DNA of 64,000 nucleotides from Sedimentisphaerales bacterium (GCA_963666285.1 OY762711.1), one strand, 5' to 3'; positions 50,772-62,141 are shown, counted from the first letter of the stretch. Notes: generated by a model from the sequence alone, not told the origin. Made by a program: numbers and translations.

Positions 50772-52135
50772 TCCCTATGCTCCTGCTCAATAATGTCTTT
50801 CATTAGTTTTACGACTGCTTTGGGATCTACCTCTCGGGCATGCTGATGAAATCCGTTTATCAAGCTATGAAGATATTTATTCACAAGTCGTTTTACTGAC
50901 GCATCAAGAAGCTGCCTACCGGTTTCGTCCAGGTCCCTTAAGTTTCGATTCAAATAATTCAACTCAGCTAAAGCCATGTTATGAAATTTACACCTCAGCT
51001 TTCCTGCCATCGGTCCAACATCCATAACACCAAACCAATCAAGAAAGCTATCTGTATCATCTTCTACAATCTGGCGGGCCTGATCAATATCTTCTCGCCT
51101 GGCCATCATATTATCCTTTACAACCTGAGAAAGGTCGTCAATAGAATAAAGATAAATATTATCTATCATAGATAACTCAGGAGAAAAGTTTCTTGGAACA
51201 GCTATATCGACTATCACTTTTTTAGAAATTACATATTCAGGAATATATGACCTGTCAAATATCATCTCACCGGCATTTGCTGCGCCAACAATAATATCAG
51301 CCTTGGCAATATAGGTTTTCAAATCATCCCAATCAGCATACCCTAAATCAAGTCTTTCGGCAATTAGCTGCGAACGCTTGATTGTGCGATTGATGATTGT
51401 TATATTTTCAACACCATTACTTTTGAGATGGCGTGTAATTAACTCACCCATCTCGCCAGCACCGATAACAACCGCTTTTTTATCAGTTAAATTATCAAAT
51501 AATTTTCCTATATATTCAACCGCAACAGAAGCTACACTCACCCGCCGTTGTGAAATTGAAGTGGTCGAGTAAATCTCTTTGCTGCATGTAAAAGCACAAT
51601 GAAATAATCGATTAATTACTTTATCAGTAGCTCCAACACGCGATGCAAGATAATATGCATCTCTAACCTGAGCTATAATCTGAGATTCGCCTAGAACCAG
51701 ACTATCCAAACTGCCTGCCACCTCAAGTAAATGCCTGACAGCATCGCGTCCCTGGTAAGCATACGAATTTTCAAAATACTCTGCTAATCCTATCGCTCGC
51801 AAAGATATGAACTCATGAATTAAACTCTGAGTTGTAAGATTATTTTCCTTGTCAACAGAACAATATAATTCAGTACGATTACAGGTGCTTAATAAAACAA
51901 AACCACATTCAGGATGAGCTGATTTTAGAGTTTTTAACGCTTTTTCTGCCTGCTCATAATTAAATGCAAGTTTTTCACGCAAATCAACTGAAGCAGAAGT
52001 ATGATTTAAACCGACCAGAATTATATTAGTCCCGGTAAGGACAACCTCTTGATCAATATCTTGATATTTTGAAGAACATTTAATACATTGCCCTTGTGAA
52101 TAAGAGCATTTGTTTTCATTAGAGATATCTGACAT
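50768..52135 (-). CDS. hemA: Glutamyl-tRNA reductase
   Basis: GLNHTSA..LRE, LSTCNRTE, SLDSLVLGESQI, GAGEMG, DIAVPRN. Confidence 0.95.
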   Translation of the reverse strand: MSDISNENKCSYSQGQCIKCSSKYQDIDQEVVLTGTNIILVGLNHTSASVDLREKLAFNYEQAEKALKTLKSAHPECGFVLLSTCNRTELYCSVDKENNLTTQSLIHEFISLRAIGLAEYFENSYAYQGRDAVRHLLEVAGSLDSLVLGESQIIAQVRDAYYLASRVGATDKVINRLFHCAFTCSKEIYSTTSISQRRVSVASVAVEYIGKLFDNLTDKKAVVIGAGEMGELITRHLKSNGVENITIINRTIKRSQLIAERLDLGYADWDDLKTYIAKADIIVGAANAGEMIFDRSYIPEYVISKKVIVDIAVPRNFSPELSMIDNIYLYSIDDLSQVVKDNMMARREDIDQARQIVEDDTDSFLDWFGVMDVGPMAGKLRCKFHNMALAELNYLNRNLRDLDETGRQLLDASVKRLVNKYLHSLINGFHQHAREVDPKAVVKLMKDIIEQEHRD

Positions 52136-52185
52136 AAAAGCTCCGGCAGCAAAGATATCAAACCATTTTCAAAGGAGCATCCTTA

Positions 52186-52662
52186 TCATTTTTTGCCTTT
52201 GAATGAGACAGCCGACTCAATATCATTAGCTGTTATCTGGTCAATAATCATTTGTTTATTAGGTGTGAGTGAAAACTCCTGCTCAATAGGTTCCAAATTC
52301 ATTTTTTCATCAGAGACTTCAGGTAGTTCTTCTTCAACTTCCTGAGGTTCTTCTGTTATCTTTTCTTTAACTTCTATTGTTTTATCATCCACATCAACTT
52401 TTATTTTCTCAGGCATTTCCGCTTCCAGTTCACTAACTTTCATATTAATAAAATCAGCTATCTCCTGATACTCTTTCTCGACAACATCATTTTCAACCAA
52501 ATCCCTTTTGCCAGGAATAATTTCTTTTCTCATATTCTCCAGACTGGCAAGCATAAGATCTCTACAAGCAAGTTCCACTTCATCACAATCATCTTTAGCG
52601 ATATTATTCCCCACTTGATTCTTCCCCCCAGATATCTCTTTTTTTCTACCAAATAACTTCAT
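52186..52662 (-). CDS. Acidic hypothetical protein
   Basis: 158-aa ORF co-oriented with hemA; no recognisable motif. Confidence 0.65.
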   Translation of the reverse strand: MKLFGRKKEISGGKNQVGNNIAKDDCDEVELACRDLMLASLENMRKEIIPGKRDLVENDVVEKEYQEIADFINMKVSELEAEMPEKIKVDVDDKTIEVKEKITEEPQEVEEELPEVSDEKMNLEPIEQEFSLTPNKQMIIDQITANDIESAVSFKGKK

Positions 52663-52901
52663 AATAACTAGTCTGATTGATAATATAACTTTGTATCAAT
52701 GTATTCAAAACCAATAATTGAACGAAATATAACTAATAAGATTATATAACTGTATAGACTATATTGCAAGAAATTAGGACATATAAGTAATTTTCAGAAA
52801 TAATAATGCAAAATTGTTAAAATAGGCAAAAAAAAAGCATTTACCGTCATGATAAATGCCTAATGAAAATCATAATTATAAGCTAAAATACAGCAAAATT
52901 A

Positions 52902-54263
52902 CTACTTTTTAAGATTTCTTGCTTTAGCTTTACCCGACCTAACATATTGAACTAAAGGTATTTGCGCTGGGCATACATAAGTACAGCTGCCGCATTCTAT
53001 ACAAGACATCATATGGTTATCCAAAGCCTTTTGAACATCACGTGCTTTGATAGCATGTGCAATTGTTGTAGGAAGAAGCTTAACCGGACAAATATCAACA
53101 CATCTGCTGCATCTTATACAGGCAGACTCATCTAACAAACGGTACTCCTGGTCCGTCATAACAGTTATTCCACTGGTCCCCTTCATAACAGGCACATCAA
53201 GCCTGTAAGCTGCCGGCCCCATCATAGGCCCTCCCAGTAGAATTTTACTGGCATTATCTTTTAAGCCGCCACAATGGGCCAGCAAATCTTCAACCTTCAT
53301 ACCAACTGGAACCATATAATTACCTGGTCGATTTATGCCCTGTCCCGTTACAGTAACAACTCGCTCTGTAAAAGCTCGACCATCAGCACAAGCCCAGGCA
53401 AGAGATGATGCAGTACCTACATTACTCACGACAACACCGGCATCCATTGGAAGCCCCCATATTGGCACTTCACGACCGGTTACTGCCTGTATCAACTGCT
53501 TTTCACCACCCTGTGGGTATTTGGTTTTGCAAAGTGCAATATGCAAACCTTCAATTTTCTTCACAATATCAAACAAGACATTTACAGCATCCTGCTTGTT
53601 ATCCTCAATAGCAATAATACCTTTGGGTGCGTCAACAGCCTTCATCGCTATTCTGAGTCCAACAACAATTGACTCCGGACTTTCCAGCATTAAGCGATGA
53701 TCACTGGTAAGATACGGCTCACATTCGCAGCCATTCAAAATGACCATATCAATAGGCTTTTCCGGATTTTTCATTAATTTAACTTTTGTAGGAAAAGCTG
53801 CTCCACCGGCACCAACCAAGCCTGAATTACCGGCTATTCCTGCCACCTTCTGCGGATCAATAGAATCTATATTAAAGTCAGCTGGAAAATCTTTCCACTG
53901 CTTTGGTTCAGGCTGCTCATCTGAGACTGTAATAACAACAGCTTGAATCTTTTTACCGTTTGGATGAAACAGAGGTAAAATATTTTTCACTGTTCCATTG
54001 CATGGGCTATGAACAGGAGCAGAAACAAAAGAATCAGAATCGCCTACAACCTGACCCGCAACAACAATATCCCCCTTTTCAACCGTTGGCGAACATGGAG
54101 CTCCTATATGCTGAACCATAGGAATAACAACATCATTGCCTGGAATTAGCGGCACTCTTTCAACAGCTGAACTCTCTGTAATCTTACGATGTGGAGGATG
54201 CACGCCGCCAGGAAAAGTACATTTACCAAACACTTTCTTTGTCATATCGATAGTGGCAGTCAT
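52902..54263 (-). CDS. rnfC: Rnf electron transport complex subunit C
   Basis: FPGGVHP, QHIGAP, GAGGAAFPT, NGCECEPYLTSD, KYPQGGEKQL, GGPMMG, two 4Fe-4S motifs. Confidence 0.95.
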   Translation of the reverse strand: MTATIDMTKKVFGKCTFPGGVHPPHRKITESSAVERVPLIPGNDVVIPMVQHIGAPCSPTVEKGDIVVAGQVVGDSDSFVSAPVHSPCNGTVKNILPLFHPNGKKIQAVVITVSDEQPEPKQWKDFPADFNIDSIDPQKVAGIAGNSGLVGAGGAAFPTKVKLMKNPEKPIDMVILNGCECEPYLTSDHRLMLESPESIVVGLRIAMKAVDAPKGIIAIEDNKQDAVNVLFDIVKKIEGLHIALCKTKYPQGGEKQLIQAVTGREVPIWGLPMDAGVVVSNVGTASSLAWACADGRAFTERVVTVTGQGINRPGNYMVPVGMKVEDLLAHCGGLKDNASKILLGGPMMGPAAYRLDVPVMKGTSGITVMTDQEYRLLDESACIRCSRCVDICPVKLLPTTIAHAIKARDVQKALDNHMMSCIECGSCTYVCPAQIPLVQYVRSGKAKARNLKK

Positions 54264-54622
54264 AAGCTTCTTTCTTATAAGGGTTTATTGCCCTAATCAC
54301 CTGTTTACCATAATGTAAACACTATATATTTTGAAAATATCACTAAAATCACAAAAATATATAAATACATTGTAAATAAGGAAATTACAAGAAAAAACTC
54401 CAACGAATCCAACTTCATAACATCTTATAACAATTATTAAAGACGATGTTTGACCAGAGTTTGGTACTTGAAACTAAGACGCATCTGCGAAAAAGTACTG
54501 TTATTCGATAAAGTATTGTGAATTATATCGATGTGTAATTATTTCAATAAATTTCATCCATCTTATCTAATTTCAAATCAGCCTATAATTGTTCATAACA
54601 TGCTAAAATAGAGTAATTTAGC

Positions 54623-54651
54623 TTGACTGAGACCGCAAATTAAACTATAAA
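54623..54651 (+). promoter_or_regulatory. Putative sigma70 promoter
   Basis: TTGACT-N17-TATAAA, 7 nt before ATG 54659. Confidence 0.55.
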
Positions 54652-54658
54652 TTAATAG

Positions 54659-54925
54659 ATGCAGTTAATCCTGAATACATTAGCACTTTCTAAAATACAG
54701 AACTGGCTATGGCTCATTGGTCTTACTTTAGGGACTCTGGGAGCCATATTTTTAGCTATTTATGTATTAAAGAAATTCAGGAGCTGGTTAAAAAGCGATG
54801 TTCCCTCTTCTGCAGGAAACAATAAGGCTTTCAACCTGAATGAAATCAAAAATATGAGAGATAAAGGTTTGATAAGCAATGATGAATACAGCCAGCTGAG
54901 AGATGCATATATAAAATGCAAATAA
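54659..54925 (+). CDS. Small membrane protein with SHOCT-like C-terminus
   Basis: One TM; IKNMRDKGLISNDEYSQLR. Confidence 0.75.
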   Translation: MQLILNTLALSKIQNWLWLIGLTLGTLGAIFLAIYVLKKFRSWLKSDVPSSAGNNKAFNLNEIKNMRDKGLISNDEYSQLRDAYIKCK

Positions 54926-54969
54926 AGATAAGAAAGGATACTTTCCTATAGAAAGGATTTTTCACACGA

Positions 54970-56250
54970 ATGAGCAATAGTAAAGGAACAGGTGGCCGTC
55001 GCAGAATGAGTAAATGCAGTTTCTGCGGCAAAAGCGATAAGGAATGCGGTCCTATTATTGAAGGGCCAAATGATATTTTCATATGCGCAGAATGTGTTGA
55101 TTTGTGTTCAACCATTATCCGCCAGGAAAATCGCAAACACAGCAGTAGCGGTAAAGTATTTAGCAATATACCGTCACCAAGGTCTATCAAAGAACACCTC
55201 GATAACTATGTGATTGGACAAGACTATGCAAAAAAATGCATTTCTGTTGCTGTACACAATCACTACAAACGACTTAATCAAAAAACTAACTCAGACGACG
55301 AAGTTGAAATAGAAAAAAGCAATGTGCTCCTGATAGGCCCAACTGGTTCGGGTAAAACATTAATAGCAAAAACTCTGGCAAAATTCCTGGACGTTCCATT
55401 TGCTATTACTGATGCAACAACTCTAACTGAAGCTGGTTATGTCGGAGAAGACGTTGAAAATATTCTCCTTAGACTTCTACAGGCAGCAGAATATGACATA
55501 GAGTCTGCTCAAAGAGGTATAATATACATAGATGAAATTGACAAAATTGGTAAAACAAATCAAAATGTCAGCATTACTCGTGATGTCTCCGGTGAGGGTG
55601 TCCAGCAATCATTACTAAAACTTCTGGAAGGTACCGTTGCCAATATCCCGCCTCAAGGTGGACGTAAGCATCCAGAGCAGCAATATATCCAAATGGATAC
55701 ATCACAGATTTTGTTTATCTGCGGCGGCACATTTGCCGGTATGGATGAAATCATACGTAAAAGACTGGGGCATAGCCAAATCGGTTTTAGTTCAGAAGAA
55801 AATCTTACTGAAGACAATGTAGATGAAACATTAAGAATACTCCAAAATGTTACTCCTCAGGATCTTGTTCATTTTGGCATGATACCTGAACTGGTTGGCA
55901 GGCTACCTATCATTACAGCTCTTTCTCCATTAGATGAAGAAGCATTAATCAGCATTCTTACTCAACCCAAAAACGCTCTGGTAAAACAATATCAAAAATT
56001 CTTTGAGCTGGAAAGCTGTGAACTGGAATTTACCAATGACGCTCTAATCGAAGTAGCACGCAGAGCTATGGAAAGGGACACTGGAGCACGAGCTCTTCGT
56101 GGCGTGATGGAAGATTTCATGCTGAACATTATGTACGATTTGCCTGAACAACAAACCAAGGGCAAATACACAATTACAGATTCGATTGTAAAAAAAGAAG
56201 AAGACTTGTTTGGCTCAGATGAGCAGCAGCAGGAAAAAAAGCCCGCATAA
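54970..56250 (+). CDS. clpX: ATP-dependent Clp protease ATP-binding subunit
   Basis: Zinc finger [29 protein letters not shown] loop. Confidence 0.98.
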   Translation: MSNSKGTGGRRRMSKCSFCGKSDKECGPIIEGPNDIFICAECVDLCSTIIRQENRKHSSSGKVFSNIPSPRSIKEHLDNYVIGQDYAKKCISVAVHNHYKRLNQKTNSDDEVEIEKSNVLLIGPTGSGKTLIAKTLAKFLDVPFAITDATTLTEAGYVGEDVENILLRLLQAAEYDIESAQRGIIYIDEIDKIGKTNQNVSITRDVSGEGVQQSLLKLLEGTVANIPPQGGRKHPEQQYIQMDTSQILFICGGTFAGMDEIIRKRLGHSQIGFSSEENLTEDNVDETLRILQNVTPQDLVHFGMIPELVGRLPIITALSPLDEEALISILTQPKNALVKQYQKFFELESCELEFTNDALIEVARRAMERDTGARALRGVMEDFMLNIMYDLPEQQTKGKYTITDSIVKKEEDLFGSDEQQQEKKPA

Positions 56251-56276
56251 TGTAAACACGTTCCCAAAATAAATCG

Positions 56277-56306
56277 AAAGCCGGATGATATTCTCATTCG
56301 GCTTTT
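56277..56306 (+). terminator. Intrinsic terminator after clpX
   Basis: AAAGCCGGATGA-tattc-TCATTCGGCTTTT. Confidence 0.75.
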
Positions 56307-56419
56307 AATATTATACAATTGTCATGTTATGGGCTGTGGACAAAAGGAAAAATGGTTTAAGTCTGAAAGCTGAAAATGCAGGTATAATTTTATAAATAAG
56401 AAGCTTTTTTTGCAGGATT

Positions 56420-57220
56420 CTACTCTTTCATTGGCTGGAGGCCGGCTTTATTGCATGCCTTTTTGTATGCTTTGAATATTTTTTTGTCGTCGGCGAGTTC
56501 TGGAAAAATGCTAAAACATTCTTCATATGTCTGAGCTAATCGTGTATGGTCTTTGAGAGTAGTGTAAATGTTGAGCAGAACCTGGAGCACAGGGAACCGG
56601 TCATTTGTAAGCTTAAGAGCTCTTTCGTAATTATCTCGAGCATTTTGATGGTCTTTTTTCTTTAGATATATTGAACCGAGAGACATAAGAGCATGGTGGC
56701 CGCTACGATCAGATTGTACCGCCTGTTGGTAAGCGGCCATCGCTTCGTCCAGCTTACCGTGAAATTCGAGAGACTCCCCTTCCAGCAGATAATACTGATA
56801 CATTAACCCATTTTCCCTAAGAGCGGAGATGATCGAGAGTAAGTGGCTGTCTGACTGTAAACAGAGCAGCATTTCTACAGAATCTACCAGAGAAGATGTT
56901 GCCGATAAATTTGTGCCGTTGTCACTATATTCATTCCGACCAGCGATAAGAGCGTCTAAAGCATTTGTTGTGGCATCATGTAAATTGCTGTGAATGTTAA
57001 GTATTTCATTTACAGGAATATGCAAGCCGTGAGAACATTTTTTACATTCTTTCAAAACGCGAACGCGAGGCCCTTCAGGGATCAGAGGGATGAAGTACAA
57101 GTGGCCCCACTTTCGGCCATCGTAACTTTTGTTCTTACCATATACACCGCAGTTGTCACAAAATCCCCAGCCGTTAACGATGTTTTTTTTGCCATACATT
57201 CTCGTTCCAAAAACAATCAT
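56420..57220 (-). CDS. Zinc-ribbon + TPR repeat protein
   Basis: CDNC...HLYFIPLIP...CKKC N-terminus; C-terminal TPR helices; RBS AGGAG. Confidence 0.8.
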   Translation of the reverse strand: MIVFGTRMYGKKNIVNGWGFCDNCGVYGKNKSYDGRKWGHLYFIPLIPEGPRVRVLKECKKCSHGLHIPVNEILNIHSNLHDATTNALDALIAGRNEYSDNGTNLSATSSLVDSVEMLLCLQSDSHLLSIISALRENGLMYQYYLLEGESLEFHGKLDEAMAAYQQAVQSDRSGHHALMSLGSIYLKKKDHQNARDNYERALKLTNDRFPVLQVLLNIYTTLKDHTRLAQTYEECFSIFPELADDKKIFKAYKKACNKAGLQPMKE

Positions 57221-57632
57221 GTTAAATCTCCTTTGCAGGTATCTTATAGTACGCTTCGTACTTTTGACTGTTCAACATAAGGTGACGGACCACATAAATT
57301 TTCCTTTACCACATATGACCGATCTAAGCTATAATAATATCAACTGAGCAAATTAATGTCAATGAGATTAAAGTGCTATATCTGGATCTGAAATTCAATG
57401 CTCATTATCAACTACCAGAGAACCAGAGGCCGTCTTTAAAGTGCTTTCCGGCGACTATTGTTTTGTTTCGGAACTAAAATAAATAAACCTGTATTTCCCA
57501 AATAAATGCATTCAAAAAAAACTGAGATTTTGACGGTTTATGGCATGAGTGCTGCTTAATCCAGTTTTGCTGTTCAAATTTGGAAAGTCCTATGGGTAAA
57601 AGCATAAGTAATCAGATATTTTCTTGTGAATA

Positions 57633-59708
57633 ATGATTGAACAATTGGAAAAGAGTTTGAAAGGACATAACGTGAGAAAGCAGATCGATCAGCGAATCTC
57701 TATATGGATTAGAATCGTAATAGTAGGTGTAATTTCATTAAATTGTCTTACACAGGCGGCGGATGTTATTCATTCAAAAGAAATGCAACAATGCAACCTG
57801 TGGACTCAGAAATACCTGCTGGATACCCAGGCAAAGATGCCCTTTTCGTTTATTTATGACGGACAAAAGTCAGACCAACTGCTCTCTGATTGGCCGAAAA
57901 AGATAATTCCCGCCGTAAAACTTGATGCTGTGCGAAGTCAGCATACCATGATTTGGACCGATTTGAAGACCGGCCTTGAGATTCGATGTGTGGCGGTGGC
58001 GTACTCTGACTATCCAGTAGTGGAGTGGACGGCATACTTCAAAAATACCGGCGACAAAAATACTCCTATTATTGAGAACATACAGGGATTGGACATACAG
58101 TTAAATCGAAGCGATGAAGGTGCGTTCGTATTGCATGGGATCAAGGGTGATTCATGCACAGCTGATAGCTTTGAGCCATATCATCTTACGCTGGTTCCCG
58201 ATACAATGAAAAAGTTTTCCCCTCCCTCATCAGGAAAATCGAGCGATGGTCCCGATGGATGGCCCTATTACAACTTGCAGATGCCGGATGGCGGGGTCAT
58301 ATTGGCTATTGGCTGGCCCGGACAATGGGCCAGTTCGTTCACGTGCGACACTGCGAACGGATTACAAATCAAAGCGGGGCAGGAATTGACACATCTGTTT
58401 TTTAAGCCGGGAGAGGAGGTTCGTACCCCTTTAATTGCCCTGTTATTCTGGGAGGGAAAAGATGTAGTGGCGGCTCAAAACATCTGGCGTCGTTGGTACA
58501 TGGAATATGTTATCCCGCATTTCGCTGGGCAACCACAACCACCCCTTGCCCAAATCCAGGTTGGGGGTTCAGACACTTCTTATGTCAAAAACTTTCTTGA
58601 TGCAGGCATAAAAGTGGACATTTGTTGGCGGGATGCCGCGTGGTATATCAACAGTGGTAGTCCTTATAAAGACGAAGTTGCCTGGCTCAATACCGGGACA
58701 TGGGAAATCGATCCGACAAAATACCCGAATGGATTCAAACCGTTTTCGGACTGGGTTCATGATCATGGTATGAAATTTTTATTGTGGTTTGAGCCGGAAC
58801 GGGTGGGCGATCCTAATTCATGGCTGGCACAAAAACATCCTGAATGGCTGTTGCAGCCAGGATCTGTTGGCCTCATACTTAATGAGGGAAATCCGGAAGC
58901 CTTAAATTGGCTGATCAATCATACTGATGGAATGATCAAGTCTCAAGGAATCGATTGGTATCGTGAAGATATGAACGGTGGAGGCCCCTGCAGTAGTTGG
59001 AGGGCGAATGATGCAGAAGACCGTCAGGGAATAACAGAGAATCTATATGTACAAGGACACCTGGCCTTATGGGATGAACTCAAACGCCGAAATCCTAATC
59101 TGCACATTGATTCCTGTGCCTCTGGCGGACGGCGTAACGATCTGGAAACGATGCGGCGGGCAGTGCCGTTGTTACGCAGCGATTTCCAGTGGCCAAGTAT
59201 GGGAAGTGTTCCGGAAGGCAATCAAGGGCAGACTTATGGCCTTTCATTCTGGCTGCCTTTTCAAGGTACCGGTACTTATTACTACGATTCATACTCATTC
59301 CGAAGTTTTTATATGGCCTCATTTGGTATGGGAGGATTGAATCCGGAAAACACAGCCGCACAGAAACAGGCATATGCGGAATGTCGAAGAATTGCGCCCT
59401 GCACACTCGGTGACTACTATCCTTTGACAGAGTACAATCGACAACTGGACCAATGGATTGCCTGGCAATTTAATCGTCCGGCTGAAGGCGATGGTGCAGT
59501 GCAAGCTTTCCGGCGTGAAAACTGTGCTACGACAACAAAAATCTTCTTCCTCAACGGACTTGATCCGGCTGCACAATACGAGATTACGAATTTCGACATA
59601 GCCGGCTCTATGAAGGCATCCGGCAAGGAACTAATGCAAGATGGGCTGGTTATAGAAATCAAAGATAAGCCTGGATCGGCTGTGATTGTTTACAAACGCC
59701 TTGATTGA
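57633..59708 (+). CDS. Secreted alpha-galactosidase-like glycoside hydrolase family 36
   Basis: DAAWY, KFLLWFEPER, WYREDMN, IDSCASGGRR, RSD; the true start may be GTG 57672. Confidence 0.88.
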   Translation: MIEQLEKSLKGHNVRKQIDQRISIWIRIVIVGVISLNCLTQAADVIHSKEMQQCNLWTQKYLLDTQAKMPFSFIYDGQKSDQLLSDWPKKIIPAVKLDAVRSQHTMIWTDLKTGLEIRCVAVAYSDYPVVEWTAYFKNTGDKNTPIIENIQGLDIQLNRSDEGAFVLHGIKGDSCTADSFEPYHLTLVPDTMKKFSPPSSGKSSDGPDGWPYYNLQMPDGGVILAIGWPGQWASSFTCDTANGLQIKAGQELTHLFFKPGEEVRTPLIALLFWEGKDVVAAQNIWRRWYMEYVIPHFAGQPQPPLAQIQVGGSDTSYVKNFLDAGIKVDICWRDAAWYINSGSPYKDEVAWLNTGTWEIDPTKYPNGFKPFSDWVHDHGMKFLLWFEPERVGDPNSWLAQKHPEWLLQPGSVGLILNEGNPEALNWLINHTDGMIKSQGIDWYREDMNGGGPCSSWRANDAEDRQGITENLYVQGHLALWDELKRRNPNLHIDSCASGGRRNDLETMRRAVPLLRSDFQWPSMGSVPEGNQGQTYGLSFWLPFQGTGTYYYDSYSFRSFYMASFGMGGLNPENTAAQKQAYAECRRIAPCTLGDYYPLTEYNRQLDQWIAWQFNRPAEGDGAVQAFRRENCATTTKIFFLNGLDPAAQYEITNFDIAGSMKASGKELMQDGLVIEIKDKPGSAVIVYKRLD

Positions 59709-59777
59709 GTGATTCTCCGCGATATAATTAAAGTTACTCGCTACTAGCGCTCCTGCCAGTTATATGCTGCTATGTTC

Positions 59778-61997
59778 TTACTGTGGCAGTGTTGTTAATG
59801 AGTTTAGGTAGTCTTCCAGATTAGTATATCCGTCTCGGTCCGGATCGTCGGAGCCGTCTGCAGGGTCGTCCGGTTTAAGGTTCATATTGATTTCCCAAAA
59901 GTCCGGCATACCGTCACGGTCAGTATCCCAATTGTCTGGCCGATGAATTTCGGGGTAGTCTTCCCAGCTGCCGACGTCCTGTTGAGAATCCGGCAGACCG
60001 GGCAGGCCGGAGATACTGCCTTTATATGCGGCGGTGCCGGTAATAACCTCATTTATAACACGTTTGTCGTGGTCGTCCAAAGTGGGTACATTGCAGCCAA
60101 CATCGGCCAGAACGTTATTGTAAGCCTGACAGGCGGTATGAGTTGTGACATAAGATTCAAAAAACGGCTGCGGAACTGTTGCGGGAGCTTCCTGGCGGCC
60201 TTTGACCTTGACACCTTTGAATGGGCCGATTGGTCCTTCCGGCTGAGTTATGCCTTCTGTGATGTTGCCAGTAACATAATATTGCTGAGGGCCAAAATCC
60301 GGATGTTCAAATTGTGGGTTAAGGTAAGTTTTGATCTGTGAGGCCGGACCTGGTTTATAATAGTTGTTGACAAACTGGACCTGCATGGCACCGCCGTCGG
60401 TAGTACGGTTGTTCCAGTTATAAACTACCATATTGCGAATATCGAGCCGACCGGAATGACGACCGGCCTGATCGGTGCCGCCAGCCAAAGACCAGTTACG
60501 TCCGGCGTTATGTGCCAGAAGGCTATGATGAAAGCTACCGATATTGCCGCCGATGGAGCCAGCGTAGCCATGAGCTTTACCTTGTTCGTAATGGGAATGG
60601 CCGGCAATATTGAGAGCCTCAGAGATGATGTTTCGCTGAAAAGTAATGTTTTTGGCACCGCGTGAACTGAAAGCTTCGTCAATAGTCCATGAAATTGAGC
60701 AGTGGTCGACAATACAGTGATCACAACCGGCAAGGCCCATGCCATCCATAGTTTTACCAGTCAGATCGCCAAGCCGAAGGCGAATATGACGTATTATGGT
60801 ATCCCGGCCGCCGAGTCCGCCGAAGGTATAATTGCGGATACAAATACCTTTGCCGGGAGCGGTCTGGCCGGCAATGGTAAGAAATTCATTTTTATCACGA
60901 AAAACAAGCTTTGATTCTAAACTGATAATTCCAGACACATCAAAAACGACTGTGCGCGGTCCGATTGCCTCTACTGCCTGACGAAGGGATCCGGGGCCGG
61001 AATCGTTGAGGTTAATAACGTGAATTACACGTCCGCCGCGACCGCCAATCGCGAATCTGCCGTATCCTTCGGCGGTTGGAAAGGCGAGATGACGCAGGCG
61101 GAAGTGCCAGATATCGCCACGAGTGATATTGCCATGACTATCTTCAGAATCGACACGCCAGGCATAAAACAACATCGAGTTATTGGGAACAATCGGAGCA
61201 GTATAGGTAGATCCGGTAAGTGTAGTTAACCTTTTTGCAGTTTCGAGCTTTTGTATTGCAGTATCAAGGTCGGTATCGCAGGCCAAATATAAATGATGGG
61301 CAACAGCAGATCTGGATGCTGTCCATTGGAGCGTAACTGTGCCGGAGTCACCGTCGGCATGGCGTTCAAGATTGGCAGGGACCGGTTTAATAGCTTTTTG
61401 GGCCGGATCTGAAATATCGAGAGCAAAACCGCTGAGGATAACACGGTTTCCGCTGACAGATTCGATATGAATAAATACAGGCCGGTTGCGGGCTGCCCGG
61501 AATTCAATATATGAAGTGCCCACCTCGTCGTTGTGGTGAGCCTGAAGGGATGATTTTATGCCGGAAACTTTATGGTCAGAAGTCGAGATTGAATATGTAT
61601 CTTCGACATTGTCAAGGGCATGATGAAAGCCCACGAAGGAGTGCCTGCCGGGCGTGAGCCCGTCGATACGAATAACCATGACAGGCGGTTTTGTGTCGGT
61701 AAGAACTACACCATCAGCACCAACAGTATTGCCATAAACCACGACTGCTTTATTACCGAATAGCTCAAGGATGCCATTACTATCAACCGAGCTTATAGAA
61801 ACAGTGGTATCGGCAAAGATATGACTCATATTGTCAGCTGAAGGAAGCCAGTTTATCCAGCCGTTAGTTTGCATGTCACTACGCAGTTCTGAATTGATAT
61901 CCACGTATAACGGTTTCGCGTTCAACGGCAGTTCAAGACATAAAAGCAGTATCGTTGCCAGTAATAATTGTTTTGAATAATGTAATTTGTTAAACAT
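59778..61997 (-). CDS. Secreted pectate lyase (PL1-like) with N-terminal accessory domains
   Basis: AFPTAEGYGR..GGRGG, GPGSLR, IAGQTAPGKG, DHCSISWTIDE, C-terminal DTDRDGMPD; start placed at ATG 61997 (ORF track 62078). Confidence 0.88.
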   Translation of the reverse strand: MFNKLHYSKQLLLATILLLCLELPLNAKPLYVDINSELRSDMQTNGWINWLPSADNMSHIFADTTVSISSVDSNGILELFGNKAVVVYGNTVGADGVVLTDTKPPVMVIRIDGLTPGRHSFVGFHHALDNVEDTYSISTSDHKVSGIKSSLQAHHNDEVGTSYIEFRAARNRPVFIHIESVSGNRVILSGFALDISDPAQKAIKPVPANLERHADGDSGTVTLQWTASRSAVAHHLYLACDTDLDTAIQKLETAKRLTTLTGSTYTAPIVPNNSMLFYAWRVDSEDSHGNITRGDIWHFRLRHLAFPTAEGYGRFAIGGRGGRVIHVINLNDSGPGSLRQAVEAIGPRTVVFDVSGIISLESKLVFRDKNEFLTIAGQTAPGKGICIRNYTFGGLGGRDTIIRHIRLRLGDLTGKTMDGMGLAGCDHCIVDHCSISWTIDEAFSSRGAKNITFQRNIISEALNIAGHSHYEQGKAHGYAGSIGGNIGSFHHSLLAHNAGRNWSLAGGTDQAGRHSGRLDIRNMVVYNWNNRTTDGGAMQVQFVNNYYKPGPASQIKTYLNPQFEHPDFGPQQYYVTGNITEGITQPEGPIGPFKGVKVKGRQEAPATVPQPFFESYVTTHTACQAYNNVLADVGCNVPTLDDHDKRVINEVITGTAAYKGSISGLPGLPDSQQDVGSWEDYPEIHRPDNWDTDRDGMPDFWEINMNLKPDDPADGSDDPDRDGYTNLEDYLNSLTTLPQ

Positions 61998-62141
61998 AAA
62001 CAATTCGCTGTAATAAGAAATTACTAATCCATAATAAATGCAATTGAACAGAGACAAATAATGCAAGAAAGCAAGCATTTATAATATTATAGCAGCTGAT
62101 ACTATTACTGTACACAAACAAATAGCCTGGACAGCTCAAGA

